Of a stretch of DNA of 64,000 bases, positions 37,596 to 49,704 are shown piece after piece. The DNA comes from Octopus sinensis (lineage: Eukaryota): the NCBI RefSeq assembly GCF_006345805.1, contig NC_042997.1:195796001-195860000 (forward strand), read 5' to 3'. The translations under genes were made by a program, and so were the position numbers. How positions within the stretch are numbered: the first letter of the stretch is position 1; every line of letters begins with the position of its first letter. The notes beneath the pieces are model-generated. The model saw only the letters and a program-made list of their open reading frames with translations. It did not search any database and was not told where the DNA came from.

Positions 37596-38185
37596 CTTTT
37601 CTACTCTAGGCACAAGGCCCGAAATATTTGGGGAGGAAGGCAGTCGATTAGATCGATCCCAGTACGAAACTGGTACTTAATTTATCGACCGCGAAAGGAT
37701 GAAAGGCAAAGTCGACCTCGGCGGAATTTGAACTCAGAACGTAGCGGCAGACGAAATACCTATTTCTTTACTACCCACAAGGGGCTAAACACAGAGAGGA
37801 CAAACATGGACAGACAAACGGATTAAGTCGATTATATCTACCATAGTGCGTAACTGGTACTTATTTAATCGACCCCGAAAGGATGAAAGGCAAAGTCGAC
37901 CTCGGGGGAATTTGAACTCAGAATGTAGCGGCAGACGAAATACCTATTTCTTTACTACCCACAAGGGGCTAAACACAGAGGAGACAAACAAGGACAGACA
38001 GACAGACAGACGGATTAAGTCGATTACATCGACCCCAGTGCGTAACTGGTACTTCATTTATCGACCCCGAAAGGATGAAAGGCAAAGTCGACCTCGACGG
38101 AATTTGAACTCAGAACGTAACGGCAGACGAAATACCGCAAAGCATTTCGCCCGGCGTGTTAACGTTTCTGACAGCTCGCCGCCTT
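37596..38185 (-). mobile_element. SINE family A trimer
   Basis: Three cores, one head. Confidence 0.9.
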
Positions 38186-38584
38186 AATGGAGTCTCATAG
38201 TATGGTCGTCGAAAGGTAAATGGAAAAAGAAGCGATGAGGTAATAAGGTATTGTAGTAGCTTTTGGGAGAGCAGGGGTGGGAAAAGCAGTGTGAGTGTTA
38301 TAGGAGCATGCCACTGTAAATATAGTGTAAGGGGATATGTGTTGTGTAGGAGAGGAGCGATGAAAGAGGGAATATAGAAAAGAGATGGAGTAGCAAATGA
38401 TTCTTGGAAGGGCGCAGCTGCTTGAAATACGAAGGACGTTGTGAGGGCCAGATGTAGTGAATGAAGTGAAAGATGACAAGGTCATGGAGAAACTAAAACG
38501 GATGTGGACACAAAGTCAATGGATGAGGTGGAAAGAGGAAGGAAAGAGGGCGCGAGAATAATAAATAATTTTGAGGGTTCTTTT

Positions 38585-38996
38585 AGTCTTTTACTTGTTT
38601 CAGTCATTTTTGACTGCGGCCATGCTGGAGCACCGCCTTTAGTCGAGCAAATCGACCCCAGGACTTATTCTTTGTAAGCCTAGTACCTATTCTATCGGTG
38701 TCTTTGGCGGAACCACTAAGTTACGGGGACGTAAACACACCAGCATCGGTTGTCAAGCGATGTTGGGGGGACAAACACGGACACACAAACATACACACAC
38801 ACACGCATATATATATATATATATATATACAAGATAAGAAAATGGAGAAATACATCTAAATCAAATATCAATTACCAGATAATACTCAATCACATACTTT
38901 ATTAAACCACCACATAAGAGACTGGGTACTTCACTAGCAGTATAATAGATATATATTATCCCATGGAGGGTTGCATTTACAACCCCTATCTCAATT

Positions 38997-39040
<44 letters not shown>

Positions 39041-39182
39041 CATATATACGACGGGCTTCTTTCAGTTTCCGTCTTCCAGATCCACTCACAAGGCCATGGT
39101 CGGCCCGAAGCTATAGTAAAAAAAACTTGCCCAAGGTGCCACGCAGTGGGACTGAACCCGGAACCATGTGGTTGGTAAGCAG
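38585..39182 (-). mobile_element. SINE family B with a ~165-bp insert in its (TA)n
   Basis: Foreign segment 38830-38997 between TA tracts. Confidence 0.85.
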
Positions 39183-39586
39183 GCTAAAAACAACGAACGT
39201 ATATATCATGTTTTATGCCATATATGTGACATTTTCTTCCCAAAACGTCTCCAAAAATTCAATTCAGGCGATGTTGGGACTTCTGTAAACTTTAATATGC
39301 TAAAATGATTTTTCATGGGTATGCTTTGTTGAAGTTGGGATGTCAATGTGTCTTTTGTTCCATCAAATACGATACGTATGACAACGTCAGCAAATTCATT
39401 AATTCACCCGGGAAGGTGTCTGAGCCGATAGAGGAACCGCTGGGTACCATCCATTTGTCTTTGGGCTTAGTTTCAAGGATTTTGCCTTACGTCCTCAAAT
39501 CACCCTAAGCTGCCAGGTTGGTGACGGTGCCTTGTAGGCAACGAAGCGGAATTTGATACAGAATGCAGGCAGCCGGAACAAATACC

Positions 39587-39814
39587 TATTTCTTTATTAC
39601 CCACAAGGGACTAAACACAGAGGGGATGAACAAGGACAGACACACTCGGATTAAGTCGATTATATCGACCCCAGTGCGTAACTGGTACTTATTTAATCGA
39701 CCCCGAAAGGATGAAAGGCAAAGTCGACCTCGGCGGAATTTGAACTCAGAACGTAACGGCAGACGAAATACGGCTACGCATTTCGCCCGGCGTGCTAAGG
39801 TTTCTGCCAGCTCT
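39587..39814 (-). mobile_element. SINE family A with 17-bp TSD CAGCCGGAACAAATACC
   Basis: TSD copies at 39570-39586 and 39815-39831. Confidence 0.9.
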
Positions 39815-40051
39815 CAGCCGGAACAAATACCAAAGACATCTGGGCCGTTATTGCTAGAGATCTCCCGATACACAGCCTGGAATTGCTACATTTTTAGTGA
39901 ATCTGAATGGATAAAAGGAAATTTTATCGTATTTGAATTTGATGCTCGAGACGTACCACGACACATTCAGTTTGGCGCTCCTATCAATCTATCAATACGA
40001 CGTCTTCTCAAGTAAATAGAAAGCAAAAAATAAATAAATAAATAAAACAAT

Positions 40052-40435
40052 AGGCGCAGGAGTGGCTCTGTGGTAAGTAGCTTGCTTATCAACCACGTGG
40101 TTCCTTGGGCATGTGTCTTCTACTATCACCTCTTTGGGCCAACCAAAATCTTGTTAGTGGATTTGGTAGACGTAAATTGAAAGAAGCCAGTCGTATATAT
40201 ACATATATATATATATATATTTCAAAATGTGACCGCGTGTGTACCGTTGGCGATTTTTTTTCCTATGTCTTCCCTTCTCTGGATCTTTTCTTCTCCTATG
40301 TTTCCGACGAAGAGCTCCGCTCGAAACGTTAAACTCTCCTTCTTTCCTTCTTTCCTGGGCGTCCAATAATACTATATTTGTTCCACGTCCTCGCGTTATT
40401 GTGGGGTTTTTTTGTGCTTTCTTGTTTGGATTGGC

Positions 40436-40466
<31 letters not shown>

Positions 40467-40730
40467 GCAGTAAGGATATCCAGAGGTAATGCAGTACAAT
40501 CGTTTCAAGCAACTCTATTTAATTGAACAATGCAATCATTGCATCAATTTAAATGCAGGGCAGTCCTCAACTGCATAAAAAACACAAGATTTAATTAAAT
40601 TAAAACAGATGGAGACCGATAGAATAAGTACTAGGCTTACAAAGAATAAGTTCTGGGGTCGATTTGTCGGACTAAAGACGGTGCTTCAGCATGGCTGCAG
40701 TCAAATGACTGAAACAAGTAAAAGAATAAA
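40052..40730 (+). mobile_element. SINE family B interrupted by two inserts in its (TA)n
   Basis: Head 40052-40210, tail 40607-40730. Confidence 0.75.
40300..40334 (+). ncRNA. Minimal type I hammerhead motif, U4C plus extra A after A9
   Basis: GTTT CCGACGA A GAGC tcc GCTC GAAA CG TT AAAC. It lies in a ~220-bp insert (40215-40435) between (TA)n tracts inside a SINE. Confidence 0.65.
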
Positions 40731-40911
40731 AGAATGTCGACATGCTGATGTACAGCATCAATATTACTGCATCGTGGTAAGATTACATAAACTTCTTGAA
40801 TGAAAAGGTGCCTACGTTTTTAAATGCTTATTGCATGCCACAGTTGAATTGCCGATCAAACTGAAACTCCAATATATCGTGGGCTTATAAATACCATTAC
40901 TTTAATACATC

Positions 40912-41128
40912 CTTTACTCTTTTACTCTTTTACTTGTTTCAATCATTTGACTGCGGCCATGCTGGAGCACCGCCTTTAGTCGAGCACCTCGACCCCGGGA
41001 CTTATTCTTTTTGTAAGCCCAGTACTTATTCTATCGGTCTCTTTTTGCCGAACCGCTAAGTGACGGGGACGTAAACACACCAGCATCGGTTGTCAAGCAA
41101 TGCTAGGGGAACAAACACAGACACACAA

Positions 41129-41161
<33 letters not shown>

Positions 41162-41332
41162 CATATATACGACAGGCTTCTTTCAGTTTCCGTCTACCAA
41201 ATCCACTCACAAGGCATTGGTCAGCCCGGGGCTATAGCAGAAGACACTTGCCCAAGATGCCACGCAGTGGGACTGAACCCGGAACCATGAGGTAGGTTAG
41301 CAAGCTACTTACCACACAGCCACTCCTGCGCC
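40912..41332 (-). mobile_element. SINE family B
   Basis: Full length. Confidence 0.9.
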
Positions 41333-42023
41333 TTGTACATAATAGTGATTGAATTGGAGAGAGTTCTTTTGGAACTCACCAATAACTTCTAATTTATGTC
41401 CGTGGTCGGCAATTTTAAGGGGAGGGCCTTAGCTGAAATCTATTCCCCTGAAAGTGGTTACAGATTGATCCCTAATGGTACTCAATACTTCTCCACGTCT
41501 TTATAGCTTTTACTTCCCTCGACGTTTCACCCATCGCTAAACATCCTGACCTCTCTTCTGAAAGGGAATCAATATGCGCTACTAGCATTCTTCTAATGAA
41601 TCTTTTTCAAGCTTCGTTAATAAATCCAACACGCGTGAATGGCTTGCTTTAGATTCACTTTAGATTCGATGATACAAGCTCTTTATCCCACTGTGTATAG
41701 AAACGACACGTGATTTTTCAATCTACAATCATGACAGATAATCTGTTTCTCACTGTTTGTTAGACTATATCCAGTCGATTTCAGGATTGTGAGCTTTTGT
41801 CGTATTTCACTACTGTTGTTTCTTGGAACAATGGGTTATATTAGTTTGTGGTATCTATATTGGCGTAGGAGTGGCTGTGTGGTAAGTAGCTTGCTTATCA
41901 GCCACATGGTTCTGGGTTCAGACCCACTGCGTAGCACCTTGGGCAAGTGTCTTCTAATATAGCCTCAGGCTGACCAAAGCCTTGTGAGTGGATTTGGTAG
42001 ATGGAAACTGAAAGAAGCTCGTC

Positions 42024-42068
<45 letters not shown>

Positions 42069-42924
42069 TACGACAGGCTTCTTTCAGTTTCCGTCTACCA
42101 AATCCACTCACAAGGCATTGGTCAGCCCGGGGCTATAGCAGAAGACACTTGCCCAAGATGCCACGCAGTGGGACTGAACCCGGAACCATGTGGTTGGTAA
42201 GCAAGCTACTTACCACACAGCCACTCCTGCGCCTTGTACATAATAGTGATTGAATTGGAGAGAGTTCTTTTGGAACTCACCAATAACTTCTAATTTATGT
42301 CCGTGGTCGGCAATTTTAAGGGGAGGGCCTTAGCTGAAATCTATTCCCCTGAAAGTGGTTACAGATTGATCCCTAATGGTACTCAATACTTCTCCACGTC
42401 TTTATAGCTTTTACTTCCCTCGACGTTTCACCCATCGCTAAACATCCTGACCTCTCTTCTGAAAGGGAATCAATATGCGCTACTAGCATTCTTCTAATGA
42501 ATCTTTTTCAAGCTTCGTTAATAAATCCAACACGCGTGAATGGCTTGCTTTAGATTCACTTTAGATTCGATGATACAAGCTCTTTATCCCACTGTGTATA
42601 GAAACGACACGTGATTTTTCAATCTACAATCATGACAGATAATCTGTTTCTCACTGTTTGTTAGACTATATCCAGTCGATTTCAGGATTGTGAGCTTTTG
42701 TCGTATTTCACTACTGTTGTTTCTTGGAACAATGGGTTATATTAGTTTGTGGTATCTATATTGGCGTAGGAGTGGCTGTGTGGTAAGTAGCTTGCTTATC
42801 AGCCACATGGTTCTGGGTTCAGACCCACTGCGTAGCACCTTGGGCAAGTGTCTTCTAATATAGCCTCAGGCTGACCAAAGCCTTGTGAGTGGATTTGGTA
42901 GATGGAAACTGAAAGAAGCTCGTC

Positions 42925-42960
<36 letters not shown>
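41161..42960. repeat. Tandem duplication with 901-bp period
   Basis: 41171 matches 42072, continuing to ~42025/42926. The only differences I saw are 3 clustered substitutions near 41290-41298; junctions fall in (TA)n. Confidence 0.9.
41862..42233. mobile_element. Chimeric head-(TA)n-head of two opposed family B SINEs
   Basis: Plus head 41862-42025, (TA)n, minus head 42071-42233. Confidence 0.85.
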
Positions 42961-42992
<32 letters not shown>

Positions 42993-43192
42993 ATGTGTGT
43001 GTGTTTGTCCCACCAACATCGCTTGACAAACGACGCTGGTGTGTTTACGTCCCCGTAACTTAGTGGTTCGGCAAAAGAGACCGATAGAATAAGTACTAGG
43101 CTTACAAAAAATAAGTCCTGGGGTCGATTTGCTCGACTAAAGGCGGTGCTCCAGCATGGCCACAGTCAAATGACTGAAACAAGTAAAATAGT
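42763..43192 (+). mobile_element. SINE family B
   Basis: Full length. Confidence 0.9.
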
Positions 43193-43478
43193 ATATAAAA
43201 GGTTGAGCTGTTGACAGTTATGTGCCTCGATTATAGAGCAGCCTAGTGTAACGATAGGATACGATGACCCCGACATTGAAATCGTAAATCGAGTAGAAAT
43301 CCAATGCATTTCTGCCTTAGAGTCACCGGAATTTTCTTTTTACTGATCTTTCTCAGTATTGCGGCCTCTTCGTGAAATCAGGGTTCTCATCTCGGTCTAC
43401 GTATCAATATCGTTGCGTTAATCTCTCTTTGGATGCCCTCTTTTAATTTTCCTTTCAATCGTTACAAACGTATTTGTA

Positions 43479-44046
43479 TTGGGTTGTCCGGAAAGTTCGT
43501 GCCGATTTTTAAACGAAAGAAAAAGGTTAACAAATACTTGCCATTACATTTTTAATCAACCAAATATGAACCATTTTGTTGCACAATGCGTCTCCATCTT
43601 TCCTTTAACTTGAAAATATTCTCTTCCTAGAATTGAGGTGGTTTCATAGCAAAGAATTCATCAAGGTATCTTTTTATGTCAACCAAGGAATTGAAATTTT
43701 TACCATTAAGACTATTCTGCAGAGACCTGAATAAGTGGAAATCCGAAGGCGCAATATCTGGTGAATATGGAGGGTGGGGTAACAAATCCCAGCCGAGCTG
43801 CAGCAATTTTTGTCGGGTTCCCAAAGCATGAAGTGTCGAAAGTGAACTTTCTTATCTTCCATTTTAAAAGGTTACAGAATTAACTCAGGTTATAGGAACA
43901 TAAACCTTCTTCCACGAAAAGATAGCTTAAACTGTGCTCTAAATGGAGGTGTAGTCAAAAATCCTATTTTATGGACTCAACCATGTTCTAAAATAAGTCG
44001 AAACGTAAGCTACTATAAATTGGCACGAACTTTCCGAACAACCCAA
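43479..44046 (-). mobile_element. Internally deleted mariner transposon (568 bp)
   Basis: TIRs TTGGGTTGTCCGGAAAGTTCGTGCC / GGCACGAACTTTCCGAACAACCCAA with TA on both sides. Start MEDKKVHFRHFMLWE (ATG 43862) is joined out of frame to TRQKLLQLGWDLLPHPPYSPDIAPSDFHLFRSL...KERWRRIVQQNGSYLVD*. Confidence 0.95.
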
Positions 44047-44295
44047 TATTGACAAGTAGTCAAGTTATTTTACTGATGTGACCGAATCCCTGCATGCATT
44101 TTTCTTCGTTTTGTTATGTGTAAGAGTCACTCCCCATTGTCATCCAACGCATAAAACTTTTCCAGAACTATTTGGTCCATTGTTCCTTCTACATTATGCC
44201 AACCAACTCTGCTGAAGCATTTTATTCCGAATGCTAACAATATTATTTACATTATTTACATTCCCCGGATATTTGTCCTCATTTTGTTTCTTGCT

Positions 44296-44341
44296 CACAC
44301 AACGTTTCGGCTGATATACCCTCCAGACTTCTTCAGATGTC
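44296..44341 (-). ncRNA. Minimal type I hammerhead motif, inverted partner of 44602-44647
   Basis: Minus strand: GACAT CTGAAGA A GTCTG gagggtatat CAGCC GAAA CG TT GTGTG. Confidence 0.7.
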
Positions 44342-44415
44342 TCTTGTGGTTAAGAACGCGGGCTACTAACCCCAAGATTCCGAGTTCGATTCCAAGCAGT
44401 GATCTGAACATTAAA

Positions 44416-44476
<61 letters not shown>

Positions 44477-44479
44477 GTG

Positions 44480-44549
<70 letters not shown>

Positions 44550-44601
44550 TAACATCGAAAAATACCTTAGGAACGAGAACCCAGGTTCGAAATTTCCCCA
44601 A

Positions 44602-44647
44602 GACACCTGAAGAAGGCTGGAGGGTATGTCAGCCGAAATATTGTGTT
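44602..44647 (+). ncRNA. Minimal type I hammerhead motif (canonical core plus extra A)
   Basis: GACAC CTGAAGA A GGCTG gagggtatgt CAGCC GAAA TA TT GTGTT. Confidence 0.75.
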
Positions 44648-44764
44648 CACAACAAACACGTTGAGGACAAATATCAGTCGAATGTAAATAATGTAAATAA
44701 TGTACATAATTCCTCATCTCTTTAATATAGAACTGTATTAGCTAACAATATTGTTTCAAATTTT

Positions 44765-44925
44765 ATACGGCGACCTGGTAGAATCGTTTGCACGCCGGGA
44801 AAAATGCTTAGAGGTGTTTCGTCTATATTTACGCTGTTTCGGATTCGATAAAATAAGTACCAGTTAAGCACTGGGGGTCGATGTAATCAACTTGCCTCCC
44901 CTCCCGAAATTGCTAGCCTTGTGCC
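44765..44925 (+). mobile_element. Degenerate SINE family A
   Basis: Diverged head and partial core. Confidence 0.6.
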
Positions 44926-45431
44926 CAGGATCGTCTCAAATTTTATTTTAGCACGTCCACTTCTCACATCGATGCAGCCAATTACAATTATCATAGATTT
45001 GTATTAGCCTTAGTTTGTCGCTCGTTGTTGTTCCGTATCTTCCCTAATTGTGCCGAGTGATATTGCAATTCGCCTCTATCTCGGATTCACGTTACAATTT
45101 CGTTGATTTGAGGACCCAAATAAGGGAATGTATTCCCTGATATCAGCTGAATGTCATTGATTCAGGTGACATCAATGCTGGTGCTATTTATATTTCTTTG
45201 TTCTCCATCTTCTCCTTTCACTAACACCCTACTCTCATCTCAGTTGATTTTCATACCGTTTTTATTTGAAGCAATATCTAGTCTTATCATGATATAAGAT
45301 AATTGGCCTTTAGATTCGGTTAACAAATCATCTGCTTATTGTAGATAGGTTATAACTCTTCTGGCAAGCTTCACACTGCGCATTCAAAATCCTCAAGACC
45401 TCTTTTCATAATTTATTCAACAGGGAAAGAA

Positions 45432-45819
45432 AGGAAGCACTCCGTCGGTTACGACGATGAGGGTTCCGGCTGATCCGAATCAACGGAACAGCCTGCTCGT
45501 GAAATTAACGTGTAAGTGGCTGAGCACTCCACAGACACGTACACCCTTAACGCAGTTCTCGGGGATATTCAGCGTGACACAGAGAGTGCCAAGGCCGGCC
45601 CCTTGAAATACAGGTACAACAGAAACAGGAAGTAAGAGTGAGAGAAGGTTGTGGTGAAAGAGTACAGCAGGGATCACCACCATCCCCTGCCGGAGCTTCG
45701 TGGAGCTTTTTTTAGGTGTTTTCGCTCAATAAACACTCACAACGCCCAGTCTGGGAATCGAAACCGCGATCCTATGACCGCGAGTCCGCTTCCCTAACCA
45801 CTGGGCCATTGCGCCTCCA
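45432..45819 (-). mobile_element. SINE family C
   Basis: Full length. Confidence 0.9.
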
Positions 45820-45985
45820 CTTTATTCAACAAACGACTTGTTTCGAACCATTATATTATTATATTGTTGTTTAGAATTCCACACGTATTTTTCTTATGTA
45901 ATTAACCCAGTATTCCGATAAGTTTTTTTTAGTGCCTTTAGCGGGGGCCACTCTGTTGGGAACCATCAAAACCAGGTCTCTGGTT

Positions 45986-46219
45986 TTACTCTTTTACTTG
46001 TTTCAGCCATTTGACTGCGGCCATGCTGGAGCACCACCTTTTGTCGAGCAAATCTACCCCGGGACTTATTCTTTGTAAGCCTAGTACTTATTCTATCGGT
46101 TTGTTTTGCCGAACCGCTAAGTTACGGGGACATAAACACACCAGCATCGGTTGTCAAGCAATGCTAGGGGAACGAACACAGAAACACAAACACACACACA
46201 CAAACACACACACAAAAAC

Positions 46220-46286
<67 letters not shown>

Positions 46287-46450
46287 TATATACTGTACCA
46301 CGGGCTTCTTTCAGTTTCAGTTTACCCAATCCACTCACAAGGCCGTGGTCGGCCCGAGGCTATAGTAGAAGACACTTGTCCAAGATGCCACGCAGTGGGA
46401 CTGAACCCGGTACCATGTTGTTGGTAAGCAACCTACTTATCATACAGCCA
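45986..46450 (-). mobile_element. SINE family B
   Basis: Near full length. Confidence 0.85.
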
Positions 46451-47829
46451 ATCCTCTCTGTTCCGATCAGCTTTTGAGGCCTTGAAAACTATCATGAACA
46501 CTGTCTTCTCTCTCTTGAAGAAGAAAAAAATGAGTTGTTAATGGTGCATATCAACATGCTACCCTGCAATACTTCTCTCCGTACCCCCCAAAAAGGGTTA
46601 CAGTAACTTCAACAAATGTATGATAGCTTTCGATGGTCTCTACAATTTTACGGCAATCATTTCCACATCCTATATCTGTTTAACTGTCACCCATTTGGAA
46701 CCCTGTTTGCTCTGCACATTTTCCCCTTTTCGAATGCTGTTTTTCATGGTTCATTTGTACTTTATGTATTTATATTGATTCAGTGACTTATTAAACTGTT
46801 AGTAAAGCAAAAGCTATATTTATGCAAATATTTCACCGTGAAATTATCGATTCAGTTATCTGCTGTGTTTATAGTTACACACTTACGATCAAGTGTGGAA
46901 TGGAGGCATCAAATATACGTTTGTTTTGCTTTTAATTATAAGCATATGCGTAGTATGTTACACTTTATTCCCAGGAGAAATGTAAACATTATTTTATGTT
47001 TTAGCTGCTAGAGGTAATGTTAATTATCCTATCCTCAAGAACATTTCCAGTTTTGTAGTAAAAAATAAATTATAACGAAACATAATAAAAAAACATTAAA
47101 TAAAACACTATCAAATAACTGTTATAAAAAATTAATGGAAACTCTTATCGGAAATAATTCATTGTAATTCATCGATTAATTAATTTTTTATTTTGTTTTC
47201 GTATTTTATTATTATTATTATTTTTTAATTTTTCAAAATATTCTTTAGTTTATTTTTTTTTCCTTTGAACCATTGAAAATAAAGAAAAAAAGGTAATATT
47301 CAATGTTTTTGCTGGACAAATTTGTAATATCTGGTGTAACATGCAATTGAAGAGACGTGATAACTTTGATAATAATTGATAGCTTCTTGCTAGACAAATA
47401 ATCCTGATCGATATCACAGTCTTTAGGGAATCAATAGTTAACATTTAAAAATCATTTTACCCTTTCCCTACCCCGCCCCGCCCCTCGTGCTACATCTCTT
47501 ATATTCTGCCTCCGTCTCGCTCGCTCTCTTTCTTTTTCTTTCTCATTAAAGAAAAAAACATTATTCAAGAGTCAGAAGGGAAAGAAAAATCAAGAAGTGA
47601 ATGTAATGAGACAGAAACCAAAGAGGACACGTAGACAATAGAACAAAGATTTGTTATAGGTATAAACATGAATAGATGGTGCTTATGTAACATAGTAAGT
47701 CATATAACATACGCACTTGAAACGGCCTCAGATTTAAACACCGGTGCGTAATACATTTATCATCAATTTTAACACCACACATTTTCTACGGAGTTCAAAG
47801 ATAGTATTGAAAATTACGACTTATAGAAA

Positions 47830-48183
47830 ACTAGCAGTATAGCCCAGCGTTGCTTGGGTTTGTTTTCTTTTCGACCCTTTAGAATTGGAATTTTTGAAAA
47901 GTAAAAATTTTGCATTATGTAGCTTGTTATTCTCTTTAAGTGAACATTTTTCTGGTTGAAATACACCGAAAAATGGTGACAGAGCAGTAAAAAAATTGTA
48001 AAAAAATAGGGATTTTCATAGAAGAAAAACACCTTTTTGATGTAAATAATTGTTGGTGTTAACATGGTCCGATTTGAATTTTTTCTTCTAGAGCAAGCCT
48101 TCTTCTATCATGCTCTCAATTTTGGTCAATTTGCGTCGCAGGGTCTTGGAGGAGATAGTGTTAGTTAAAGGCTACCAAACCTG

Positions 48184-48224
<41 letters not shown>

Positions 48225-48247
48225 ACTTCAGTTTTATATATATAGAT
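47830..48247 (+). mobile_element. Non-autonomous Helentron/DINE-like element
   Basis: Starts ACTAG plus a CCCAGCGTTGCTTGGG hairpin; ends (CA)n-GACAACTTCAGTTTTATATATATAGAT, the usual layout of this class. Confidence 0.55.
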
Positions 48248-48779
48248 TTGTTGGGATAAAGTTAAACATGAGAACACCGCACTGCTAGCACAACAGTAAG
48301 CAGAGTATTGACTTGTAAACATTTATTATACCTCGTAATATATTATGGTTGCAAAACGAAATGCTCTGTCCGTGTAACAGTTAATATATTTATAATATGC
48401 CGAACCACCTTTGTATGCTCCTTATCAATATTATACACATTGGTATTTTAACCTAAGGCTGTTTCATCTGTTTTGAATGCGTATATTTATTTAATTCTGG
48501 CTTGGTTAGTTTTCTGATAAATCAGTAAATGTTTCGTTTATCGATTTCTATATCGGGACAAGCATTTTCGGCTTAACTCAGAATGTCCGGCGTATTCGTC
48601 GCTGAGGAAGCCAAATCAGGTTGAGACCGTGCTGGTAATTCTCCAGTGTTCTGAGCAAAGCTCTGTATTTTTAACGCACGAGTCACTTTGATTAGTTTCT
48701 CTGTGACAAAATATTAGAGTTAATGCTGTTTCACGTTTGTATACAGATTGCATACGGTTCAAAACTGTACGAAAATCAA

Positions 48780-48950
48780 AAGACAGAGACAGGTGAGGGA
48801 ACAATAGACAAAGTATATTAGTTTGATGCTAAGAAAATGGAAGAGCCTTTGACGTTTCGTGCCTACGCACATCTACAAAAAGGACTGAGGAAAGAAAACA
48901 GGCGAAAAGAAAAACAGAGGAGAGAGAAAACGACGTGTCTAGATTAACGG
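48780..48950 (-). repeat. Same module family, hammerhead-like fold (48847-48882)
   Basis: Minus: CTTT TTGTAGA T GTGC gtag GCAC GAAA CG TC AAAG. Confidence 0.55.
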
Positions 48951-49276
48951 TTGCACACTATGCATGTCATATACACAAGTATTTTAATAGTGAGTCATAA
49001 AGTTTTGATCATTCGATATTATCCGAATAGCTGATAAGAAGAAAACTTAATCCAGAGCCGTTTTAACCTAGATGTAAAACGCAACAAAGATACAAGTTTA
49101 ATAAAATCAGCCAGTCGAGATTTTTTGATACGTTAGACATTATATACCAGAGTGGAAATTGTGTATAAAGTCTGCTAATGAGCGCTACAGATATATTTAT
49201 GAATAATTACACCGTCTTTAGTAAAGCTTATTTCCCTCAACAAGATTAAGAATGATCAATATCTACATACAAAGAA

Positions 49277-49490
49277 AGGCGGCGAGCTGGCAGAAGCGTT
49301 AGCACGCCGGGCGAAATGCTTCGCGGTACTTCTTTTTGCTTCTGATACTCTGAGTTCAAATTCCACTGTGATTGGGTTTGATTTCAAGCTTTCGGGGTCG
49401 ATAAAATAAGTATCCATCGAACACTGGGAACGATGTAATCAACTTTAACTCCAGCCCCGAATTTGTTGGCCTTGTGACAAAATCTGAAAC
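49277..49490 (+). mobile_element. SINE family A (diverged)
   Basis: AAGGCGGCGAGCTGGCAGAAGCG head, core. Confidence 0.8.
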
Positions 49491-49560
49491 GAACTTCCAT
49501 GTACAAACATCATTGTATTGATTGGCATCGTAGTAGTGATGGTGACTGTGACATTGCTGG

Positions 49561-49581
49561 TGATGCTGACAAAAAACAAAT

Positions 49582-49628
<47 letters not shown>

Positions 49629-49650
49629 CCATTTGCTTTTTGTCAGCATC

Positions 49651-49651
<1 letters not shown>
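49561..49651. repeat. Palindrome with 25-bp arms around (TA)n
   Basis: TGATGCTGACAAAAAACAAATGGTT / AACCATTTGCTTTTTGTCAGCATCA, 1 mismatch. Confidence 0.9.

Positions 49652-49698
<47 letters not shown>

Positions 49699-49704
<6 letters not shown>

Larger units (their letters stand above)
44241..44720 (+). mobile_element. Composite: inverted terminal-repeat copy, tRNA-like head, (AAT)n and hammerhead-bearing terminal repeat
   Basis: A-box-like TGGTTAAGAA 44347-44356; B box GAGTTCGATTCC 44382-44393; anticodon-like arm GGG-CTACTAA-CCC; (AAT)n 44415-44545; ~105-bp inverted arms 44241-44345 / 44597-44705. Confidence 0.75.

Noticed and set aside
41511-41570. Minus-strand CAGAAGA...GAAACGTC hammerhead-like motif (duplicated at +901)
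   Set aside because: Stem I and GUC are present but stem II does not pair; too degenerate to call.
48596-48635. CTGAGGA AGCC...GGTT GAGACCG
   Set aside because: GAAA is mutated and there is no stem I or valid triplet.
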